The notes under the pieces: model-generated
Databases searched by the model: none
What the model saw: the letters and a program-made list of their open reading frames with translations, nothing else
What the model was told of the DNA's origin: nothing
Shown: one piece after another, positions 53,101 through 64,000 of the stretch
Numbering within the stretch: the first letter of the stretch is position 1
How the letters are laid out: every line of letters starts with the position of its first letter
Source of the DNA: Trichoplax adhaerens
Taxonomy: Eukaryota; Animalia; Placozoa
Assembly (NCBI RefSeq): GCF_000150275.1
Contig: NW_002060948.1
Span: 2,782,180 to 2,846,179 of the forward strand
DNA length: 64,000 bases
Direction of reading: 5' to 3'
Program-made: the position numbers and the translations under genes

Positions 53101-55870
53101 TTTTTTGCGTTGTTTCTATTTCATATAAATTCGAATTTCAAATAAGATTTGTTGATGATACAATTCATTTTAGATTATGCTGGTAAGTTATTTTTGACTT
53201 CCGATCATAGGTTAGCTTTATTGGTTGATGGAATGACTGATATCTTATTATTATTTAAACTTTAAAAGACTTCAACATAAATCAATTATATTCTTAATCT
53301 TTCATTAACGATAAGAAAAGAGATTTTACAATTAAATTGTGATGATCATAGAGAAATTTGAATCAAAGTTAAGAAAAGTCTAACCAGTCATTCTAAAGAT
53401 GATTATCAATACATTTACAAATCAATAGAAATGGTATTATTTAAATAGGAGGTTAACCTATTATGATGCTAGTTTGTTTATCTCGGCTTGTTCTGTTTTA
53501 AGTTATAAATCCGGTGATGACTTATCTATTATAAATTATATGAATTACTAATAAAAAATTTATGTTCGCTTAAAATTTTAAAATATATCTAGTCCACTAT
53601 GGAGTCAATTACGTAAAGTAGAATGATTTTTATTGATATTTTCAAGCATTCTCATCAGCTATATTTTAAATCATCTCTTTTATTTAGTAGCCTAGATTAA
53701 ATGATGTTATCTACTATTTTATTTTTCAATGACGTCTACAATCGTTTCCGTTTAATTTCTTAAGATAAGGTGATGTATTTGGATTATAGATCACTCTTAT
53801 TTATTGCTAATAGCTTGACCTTTACATTAGTGTATTGAATTAATTTTAATGAACAATTAGAATAATTGTTAACTTTTGAAAAAATAACAAACGAATCAAT
53901 CGTGATTAGTGGATCAAATAAAAAAATTGATTATTATGATCCCTACCCATAGAATCAATAAGATCAATAATGGATGAGTTCAGACAAAAAAAGTTATAAA
54001 TTTTATTTCAACTTTACGTTTTAACTAACGTAAATAAAGAAATCAACAAGATAATAAAATAGCATTAATCAATGACTTTCAAGATTGTGCCAAAAATATA
54101 CGACGCCCCTACCTGTATTATTCATATTATGCAGTATTATGATTACGATCTCGCACAAATAACTAAAGGTATTGGTGATGACGTTATTAGCAGACTTTAT
54201 TGCTTCATTACTAGCCAATATTACGTGATAAGAGGCCTTGCAAGCTATTGTTCTTGTCTCCATTTAATATATTACTCATTTGGATATTCGATCATTTCGA
54301 CCTTAGCAACAATTTGAAAAAGCTTTAGCCCGCTCTATAAGGTAAGTTAAATCAACCATCCATTTTTGTGGTAATTGCTCGATTGTAATTATTTTTCCTA
54401 TATATCCAAATTGAAATAGATGAGAGAATCATTTTAAATAAAAATTTTGGTGAAATTGTTTAATATCTAGCATGTTAAAGCTTTCAGTATTATCTAATAA
54501 ATTACTTTAGCCATGCTATAAGTGTTCATTGACACAAAAATGGATCAATGCAATAACTTATGGCCTGAATTGAAGAGAATGTTCTACGGGTAACGATTTA
54601 GGAGTTTTTGCAGACATGCTAGATCATTATATATGTATTGAATTATTATATTATTTAGCGATATCTTTAAGTCATTCTTAAACACGTTACTAAAAATTTC
54701 GATAGTGTTATACAATTAATAACTGTAACTACTTATGGGAAATACATGAAATGAGTGGAGATATCTGTGTATACCTGCGACAGAGATAAACTAGAAGATT
54801 ATAGTGTTGCAGAATTTAATAAAATAATTTAGGCTTAATTTTATGATTGGGTTGTTATTAGAATATGATAGATATTTCCATAATTGAAAGTTTGCTACTT
54901 TGTGTTCAAGCCGTAAAAGCAATACATGGCGAGTAGTGAGATAGATTACGATTTGATAAATCATTTCTTAGCTCATGAACTACGATGTGATTAGTCATCA
55001 AATCTCGGTAATGCGATCGCTATACGATCGCATAACCTACGTGTATATTTGCAGCTACACTGAATGAGAACTAGTAAGGAATCAAAATGGTATCAGTAAT
55101 TTAGCAAAATTCTCTACAATCGCATTGGTTTTATTCATATCCTTGATCTCATTTGTGTCAGTCCCTCGAAGATTGTTAGGTTGGTATATTTACTAAAAGA
55201 AATACCGTCACGCTTGAAAGTTTAATAAAGATTTAGGCGATTATAACAGCTTGAATAATATTGGCAAAAGCTATTAAAATTGAGTTATTTAATCCTTTTT
55301 ATTGCGATAGAATACTATAGTACCTGAGCTTCTAGGAGTCCTTATGGTTATACAGATATGAGGCTTTGGCATTCTATTATACCAGATTTCATTCCTACAT
55401 TATGAGACCAACTAACATTTCATGTAGTATCTAAATAATTTGTAGTCAAATTTTGACTAAGTACTGGAGTTGTGTTTAACGAAATGATAACTGAGAATTT
55501 TTTATCGTAAAAATGAGTTTATTTTCATGGTCAGCATATTTATGCTAGTATTAAAATTAAACAATACGGCATAGTTTTACTAATGATTGATTGAAGTGAG
55601 TATCAGAACCGTTAATCGGCTATTTTTTTCTCTTCTTAAATACTTTAAATGTCTTTCATGAGATCCATATTGGCGGTACCGAAACATTATTTAAGGATTA
55701 AATAGTAGCATATGAAAGAATTTACTGAATCAGCTTAGAAATAATCAACTATGTAGGATTATAGTTAATGTAGATTTGGGGACTATTAACCACTATCTTT
55801 TGAACTATCAAAGGTACTCCTATGATTATGTTGACATCTTCTATTTAGTAGGGCCAATGTAATTCTAGCC

Positions 55871-56104
55871 ATGACTTCATTATATTATATTTTAATTATA
55901 TTATTAACATTCGATATATTGATGGCGATAAAAATACAAGTTAATCACAGTTTCATTAATATTGGACGATCTAATATGGATATGAAACATGATGCCATAG
56001 ATATATATCAATATGTTACGGCCAACGTCGGTAATGATTTTATTACCGGTAATGGCTGGCAACCGCTAGCATCGATAGTGCAGTTCACGTCTTGCCAGAT
56101 CTAA
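55871..56104 (+). CDS. Short ORF with hydrophobic signal-peptide-like N-terminus (possible first exon)
   Basis: MTSLYYILIILLTFDILMA... from an ATG in a GCCATG context. No homology recognised. Confidence 0.22.
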   Translation: MTSLYYILIILLTFDILMAIKIQVNHSFINIGRSNMDMKHDAIDIYQYVTANVGNDFITGNGWQPLASIVQFTSCQI

Positions 56105-59100
56105 TATTACGAACAGGTATTGCAATAACGTCTTGAAATAAAAGTCATGCTGTTATAATTTTTAATAGTTAATAATTTATGTTGCTGCTAACTTCAGAAT
56201 TCCGAATTGAAGTTTTCTTAATTTATAACTGTTGGTAGTTTTTCATTGTTCCATTATAAAAATTTCATCCCCCAATTTTTTTGACTATAACAGATTGATA
56301 TAATAATAGTAATCCATCGCCTTGACTAATAAACAAGTTTAATAATGAAGTAAATCAATGCTCTGAAACTGTGTCAACGGTCATAGAATGCTATTCTATC
56401 CTACTGTGGGAATTAAATATTAAAAAAATATATACCACAGACCCTTAACCCTATCGTCTTAAATGATAAATGATAAATTAAATTCGCTTTTTCGTATCTC
56501 TAACGTGCTGTGAAGAGATTTTTCACAAATAGTAAATATATAAGACCCTTACACTTGTCTTCATAGCCGATGTATCTTCAATTAAATTAGCTCTATCTTA
56601 TCACTAACGAGTTGTAAGAATGTTTTTCGCAAATAACAAATATCTATGCGATAATACAATGCAGACTTAATATTTTTCAGATTATCTGCCTACAGTTTAG
56701 CCGTTCGTTCTCTTTTAAAACGCTAGTAAATGCAAAGTATACCTGATATTAGGTATGTATATGCAGTGTGCATCGTAATATGAAAATTCAGTAAAAAATG
56801 ATGAACTTTAGCAGTCATTAATATTTCATATGGCATTTGAAAGAGCAGTGAAATCCTTTATTTAATTTACAGGAAAGCTATTGCATTATTTTAAATATGT
56901 AATAGGTTACGGCCAATGTCCGAAGTTGGCCAATACGTGTATTGCTCGGCGCCGTAACAAGTAGTATCTTTTAGTTTGCAACGAAGATGAAAATTAATGA
57001 ATATTGATGTTCTAATAGTTTAAGGACTTTTACATTAGGTAAATGATTATAGCGCTTTAATAGGAAACTTGCTTAAATCGTGAAACTGAATTTGATGAAT
57101 CACAGGCTCAATTATTAGCTTATAAATTAATTGTATGAGTACTGTATACGGTAGAATGATAGATTACTAAGAACGATACGATTAAATTCATTAAATTTTA
57201 ATTTAAATGTAATCCACATTATAGAATAGCTACCACAATCTTATAGTATACATCATTGTCAAGCTCAATTGGTAGCCGTTAAACGTTAAATAGTGAACCT
57301 TAATTCTATTAGGTCACGAGACCATCTCTATACATTTTTACTTTTTCTATTAAAGTTTGTTTTACATGATTGACTATATTGGACTTTGAGACGAGTTGTA
57401 TGATGAAGTAACTAGATATTATTTATTAACAACTTTGATGTTAAGAAGTGAATTTAAAATCACCTCTATTATGATTTAATCCGATATATTCGTAATTGTC
57501 CAAACTCGATCAATCGGTATAGCGGAAATATTTATGTCGATTTTGAAATCGAGCTATCGGTCCATAAAATTATTGAAATCCAGCTGTTTCCACTGATCAT
57601 TGATAGCAAAGATCCTACAACTTTTAATTAACAGCCCAAGACTAAGATTATAATTATCCTTTAATAGATATAGTATCATTTTCAATCATTGCTTCACGAT
57701 AGATCAATATTGATCAATAATGAAATGCTTTATCCCCCTACCCATCTATTAATGCCACTATCCACCTGCTAAAATTCATTCTATGCCTTTATAATTTATT
57801 AATTGAAAGCGATAAGATATCACAATCTTATTGATGGCATCCTTTAATCATTAAAATTATAAATAATTTATTTGAATAAAAACAGACAATAAGCTACTAA
57901 TTATTTGTAATTCAAGCATGATACAGGCTAATTTATAATAAATACTTTATTAATTTTGATATTCTCTAGTTTTACGAATAATTCTGGAAGTCAATTTTAA
58001 TCGGATTTATTTTGATTACTTTCACTCAAAGTTACAGTATATCATATATGTGTAAGAGAAATTGATCTTATTGGTGGTGGCACTTTCCAAGCATTATTTG
58101 TTACTTAGATATAACTATCATACAATTTTGCTTTTTTTCTCCTGTTTATTGGGATATTAAAAATATATAATGATATTATAAGCATGAAGACGTCATTATA
58201 GACTAGATATTTAATATACGGTAATTGAGTCGTTTGGACCTTATCTTACCTATCCATTACATACGAAGCTGAAAATAAAATTTCTAATCTATCAATAACT
58301 AATTAGTCATTGGAGCATATCGTAACTTGCAGCAACCTCTTGAGACAGTCAGATTATGATTATAATTGTCCATATAGCCTTCGTGAACACATAGCCGAGT
58401 ACCTGGGCTAAGTTGTAGTAGGTCAAGGCCAGATCTATTAAAATACATATTTTCTAATGCTAATCGTGAGCGAAATATTACATCTATAATTTCTAATTCT
58501 TAATGAAATACTTAGCCTTAGTAGGTATTAAAATTTTCTTTCTTTCAGCATACACATTCAATCATAGCAATAAAATTGAAATACTATCAATTGAAAGCAT
58601 CTATATTGTATTTACGCACAGTATCTGTCTACATCTCTATTAATCTCAGTATTTGAACTACAGTAGTTGATATTTCAGTGATAAATCGTTTTTACATCAT
58701 TTAAGGTTACTTGAAAGATAATCTTTTATCCTGCTTCAATATAAATAATAAAATGATTAATTATTTCTATTGAATGATCTGATATATTGCTATTGTATTA
58801 TGTAGGTTACATATTTTAATTATAGATAACGTTGATAGTTAATTACATTAAAATTTTAAAAATTCATTAAAATTAACAGGAGTAAGCTTTCAATTGCTAG
58901 CAGACTATGGAAGGTATTTGACAAATGATGTTATCGTAATTTTACGAAATAACAGCTAAAGTCCTAGTTTTCATTTTAGTATTATACTCTGTGATGATCT
59001 ATGACCAAACTGAAAGTGGTTTATCCGTCTAGGCGATGCTGTAGGCTAAAACAAATGGATTTCCTTTTTCTCTGAAAAATTCCCTCTCAATGACCTATTC

Positions 59101-62100
59101 ATTTTAATAGGCGAGTTAAAATCGGATTGGTTACCATAGCAACATCGGATAGATTTACTAAATAGCTAGACTGGAGGAAATGGATTTGTTCTGATAATAA
59201 TATAGGATTGGTTAATAGTATAATGAGAATAGAATTCTTTCCGTAATGATTATTTCTTACATCCTTTCTTTGCGCTATACTGATAGTAGTTTCGATGCCC
59301 ATCATGACCTTGTTTTACTTAATTATTAAAATATCATTACTTAAAAGATCTAATTCCATCAACCTAAGATTTTAAATCTAATGATTAATATGGTTCTCGA
59401 AATATATCTTTTATGGTAAAAATATAGCTAAGTCAGTAAGTGGCGTTCTCCGTAAGCATTGGCGTGTGTAGATCACTTTGTCACTAGTGGTGTGTGATGA
59501 TCTTCTAGCCAGTATTGCATATCTAATGATGCTACCTTTATCAATATTTATGGCCGCATCGTTATTCAATACTTCTTCGGTTATTATAATAAAATCAAGA
59601 GTAACGCACGGCTGCTATTTCAATCCCATCTATCCTAGAGCATACTCAAATACTTAAAAATCTAATGAAACAGTTAGCATAAAATTATTTGATAAGATTT
59701 ACATTAAGCTTCGACAGGAAGCTATCTTTATTTTTTTGAAGTTAAGATATCATCAATGCCATCACTCGAACTATTGAGCGCAGCATTGTAGAAACCTCTA
59801 TTGAGAGAAATTAATACCGCTACTCAGTAATCATATAATATTTTTTTCAAATGCAGCCAAATTTGAAAATCTAAATATTTAAAGAGGCGAGATTAGCTAT
59901 ATCACTAAATAATTTAGTTCCAACGACCGAATACTATAGTATAATTATAGCGTCACTGATTGTGTAGACGAGGTAGCCAGAGATTTACTACTATTTATTA
60001 CTGAAGAAATCTTGACACCCAAGATTATAGTCTTTACAATTCAATAGCAATTGATAAACTAGTTGACTATCTAACCGACTAACTAACTAAAACGGGGTCA
60101 TAAAGTTTTATAAGTTGATGAGGTCGCTATTTCAGATAATTATTTTTTTTTCTCACCATTTCAGTGAACAAAAGTCAAAAATAAACGATTAACTAAGATA
60201 ATGCATCTAAAGCTTCTATTTAAACTACTTCTATGACGGAATAGCACGCACAATACTACGTCCAACTTAAGCTAAAAGGATTAGACTTACAACAATCATA
60301 GGATTAATACTTATTTCAATACTGTCATTTCAATCATATTGCTTCAAATAGACACTATAGAAATTAATTTATATAGAACAAGCTGGGTAAGCATAAAATA
60401 AACTGTACGTAAAACATTTGAAAATGATTTCTTTTATTTAGTATTTATTTCCAAAATTGAAATAGAACCCAATTACAGTAATTGATGGTATACGAGTAAT
60501 TTAACGTCATCCTCCCACATAAAATGTAATTTCCATTTTAAAGCAACATAATAGCCCATCAATCATCTTTACGTACATGTCTTTAATTGTTAACATTAAC
60601 TTAGTCGACGCATTTAATCCTTGACAAAGTTCGATAAATGCTATGGTCTGAAAATCAACGATTGCAAATGGCTGAATAAAACAAAAATGAAGTTCGTCTA
60701 TAAATATACTAATCGGCTTAGGAATTAATCCGTCCGAAACTACATATTCAATTCAAAACTGATTGGGAATGTTCTTAGAGGGTCATTATCATACAGTATT
60801 TCATCTTGACTAACTTATCTGTTGAATAGTTTTTCGAAGCATAGAGGAAAATTAAATTTAAATGGTATGCGATTGATTGAAATCTACTATCTTGTTGCAG
60901 AATACCCACAAAGTCCATTTATTTCTAGTCAAACGATATATTTCATTTGTAGATTCTCGGATAGGTTAATTAAAGTCTGTATTAACATTTTGATGCCTTG
61001 TTAATCAAAAGAGTCTACTTCTTGAAGCATTAAGGATGTTACGAAGACAGGACATAACTAAAAATATGATACATGAAATTAAAAGTAGGGATGCGAAAAC
61101 GCGTGTATATTCTTGAAATATTATAGCGGATAGGCGCCGTGTATAACACAGGCTTATGATCAATAAGGTTCACTGAATTTAATTAAAATGATAACTCGGC
61201 TATTACTATCGATATTCTTTTCCATTAATTTATTCATTGATTACTAACTTGGCAAATACCCACAATTCAACACAAGTAAAGCTATTGTTCCCATTCTTCG
61301 TCCGGTTTTAAAAGTACAGCATAGTTATGATTAATATTTACATTCTTGACATTTATATATCACTTGGCACATGTATTATATTATATTTATATATTATATA
61401 TTATAATTGTATTATTGAGAATTGTTGGATAGAATACATTACTTAATTGAAGGAAAAATATGATGCATGATGAAATGTGAACGTAAATATAGAAAATTTA
61501 TACTCGCATAGGTGGTGGACTTTTTCATAAAATACACCTTTAGCCTTTGTGTCCTGACGCCTTCATTTTAGCTGAAAGTTGGTCTTGGCTATCTTGATGT
61601 TTATTAGTTAGCTTGCACAATTTGCTGTCCAACAATTAAAAATGATAAATTTCGCTAGTTCAAAATAAATAACTATCTTACAGGCCCTAAATTATGAAAT
61701 TCTTTTATACTTGATGGTTTATCTCGTTCTTAAATTATTTCTTTATTCTCTTTCTTATAATTTTATTGCATCATAAATATTAAAATAAGATTTATTTCTA
61801 GGTAAAGTGATAGATGGATTATTTATTTCATGCTATAATGAATCATTATCTTCATAATAGTACATAAATTTCAGATTAAACTTATGCCGTGATTAAATGA
61901 GCAGTGATCTCACATTGAATATCGAGCTATTCGTAAATTATTCAGAATAATTTAGCATTTAATAGCACTAGACTTTTGTTGATGAAATCTGAATTTAGAA
62001 TAAGAAGGGAAGAAGAAAAAATCTACCTTGTGATAAAATCTAGATTTGTACCTTGTTAATATGACAATAATGACTCTACTTTGATGCTGAGTAAATTAAT

Positions 62101-63065
62101 TAATAAGAATATGAATGATAAAAAGTGGCGTTCTATGTCTCGTTCAAGAAATAATCTGGGTTTGGGTTATATAGGGAAGTATTCATTTTAAAAATAATTT
62201 TAATTATTAATATTGAATAAATGGGTGTTGGATATAATTTATGCGTATAATCAAGGTTAATGATTTTATTTTTCTCCGTAACAATAATAATACCCATGCG
62301 TATGATAAAATATTACGTGGAATAATTCGATCATCCATGTCGATATTGACACTAGCTTATAACTCGAGCTGGCGCATTAAAAATAATAAAAGGAAGAATA
62401 TTTTTAGATGAAAATATGTATTTTATTTAAGTCTATTTGTACGATTTAAAATAATGAAAAGACGGGACTTAATATCAACTTTTTGCCCTAAAGGTAAAAA
62501 AATGGGATGGAAAAGCCTATTATGTTTTATGTTATCTTCTAAACATGAAGAAGTGTCTGATTATACTTCTATTTTATTTCCTTCCTCTACCGATTTATTC
62601 AATCATGCTTCCATATTTAATATCGCCTTTCATCTTATTTTTGAATGCTGTTCTTGGATTGTTTATATTATAATCAATCACTGCTTTATTATTTTAATTT
62701 TGGTCATATTTTTTATTGTTGTCGGATATTTTTTACCGTGTTGTTGATATTTATTTTTATAATCTTACTTTAGATTAATTTTCAATAGCAGTTTGATGAT
62801 TTTAAAAATGAAACACTATTAGTCGTATTAAACTTTAAGAATAGGAATAGCTAAGCCAATCTTTTGTTTAATTATGATGGTTTGTTTTTTGATTACTTTA
62901 TATTTAGACTACAGACAACCCCTTCCATTCATTTTGGATTTTTCTATGGTCGACGTATTGGTATTAAAGGATAAACTCGACCTCGTCCATTTATAACAGT
63001 ATACAAGTACCTGTCGCTACTTACTGAAATAGTGGCCTTATTAGAGCTGTCCGATCTTACATAAC

Positions 63066-63700
63066 ATGGCTTCGATGAACATCAAGATTTCCTTCTTCAT
63101 AGCGTTATTCTGCTTAGGTAACTAAATATTGCTGCCACTAATATTTTTATTCGTATGCCCGTAGAATTTTAATTGGAAATTTCGCCGATTTTAATGAAAC
63201 CATATTCATATTATTGTGGCGATAACAACAAATACTTTTAACTATACGTACTGTCTTATCGAGAGAGAACGCCTATTATCAAATTAAAAGTATAATTTTC
63301 ACTTTCTATAACTATACAAGTAAGATAAATGTTATTCCAGTGAGTAGATAAAGTATACTTTCGTTCATGATATTTATGATTAGAATTTGCTAACGACACC
63401 TGTGATTTATTTTACTGAAATAAATTAAGACGACTACTCCAATGTTGCGTAAATTCATTTGGAAGATATCTATAAAATTGACACTATTAACCATGCACTA
63501 AATAACAAGTTGCCCTAATATAATAAAATGACTTTCTGCTTGCAGCTTTCGAGAATTCCCATGGTGCTACACAGAATTCGATTATAGATAGTGGTAATTC
63601 GATTGTAACCTTAGTTATCAAGAATCGGCCGTATACATCACTATATAGATATAAAGACAAAGAGCCTTACTTAAGCTTAATCGCCGAATTCAAGTCAGGG
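63066..63700 (+). CDS. 5' part of a probable secreted/membrane protein gene; exons 63066-63117 and 63546-63700, likely continuing beyond the window
   Basis: MASMNIKISFFIALFCL plus a phase-1 intron (G|GTAAC ... TTGCAG|) joins to an open 155-nt exon AFENSHGATQNSIIDSGNSIVTLVIKNRPYTSLYRYKDKEPYLSLIAEFKSG, which ends at a strong |GTAAG donor. Confidence 0.55.
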
Positions 63701-64000
63701 GTAAGCCTACATTACGATAATGTCAAATATTGAATTTGCTTTGAAATTTGATCCATGTTTGCTTCTAGAATATAAATTTTTCAAAGACTACTTTTCTATT
63801 ATCTTAAAATAGCTTATTTAAGTAAAGCGGGTACGCGTAGGCTATCGGAGAAAGAGTAAAAAAGAAGTTCCTTTCAAATATTTATACTCCGATCATTAGA
63901 AATAAAAACTGAAACCAATCTTATAAATATTTAGATGTGATTTATACTATTTAAAGTTTACTCTAAGCGAATTTCTAGAAGCATAAGTAAATTAATTGTT

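Noticed and set aside
52000-63000. Scattered short ORFs (54069-54317, 59099-59305, 60822-61004, 62454-62747)
   Set aside because: They have the I/L/F/N/Y-biased composition expected by chance in AT-rich DNA, with no consistent splice structure or motifs.

Overview
AT-rich, intron-dense eukaryotic (animal) genomic DNA with short GT-AG introns. Gene content and compactness suggest an early-branching metazoan, most plausibly a placozoan (Trichoplax-like); this is inference. Hand-splicing gives these genes in order: a 3-exon four-domain hot-dog/thioesterase gene (-), an intronless theta-class GST (-), FBXO42-like (+), C1orf50/DUF2452 (-), EXOC8 (+), MRPL47 (+), PDE6D (-), an SHP2/PTPN11-family SH2-SH2-PTP gene (+) and TAF5L/TAF5-like (+). 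After 45.2 kb there is a gene-poor region with unidentified exon-like pieces, a probable solo LTR and the start of a probable secreted-protein gene. The most striking item is the SHP2-like gene. Its ORF is intact, but the catalytic WPD loop reads WPE and the P-loop CX5R reads CX5K. Its N-SH2 autoinhibitory surface is rewritten, and its tail has SH3-ligand PxxPxR motifs instead of YxN motifs, suggesting a pseudophosphatase/adaptor. Other highlights: the internally duplicated thioesterase, (TACAG/CTGTA)n arrays upstream of essentially every conserved gene, and two U12-like introns with degenerate donors. All gene models were derived by eye, with no database search.
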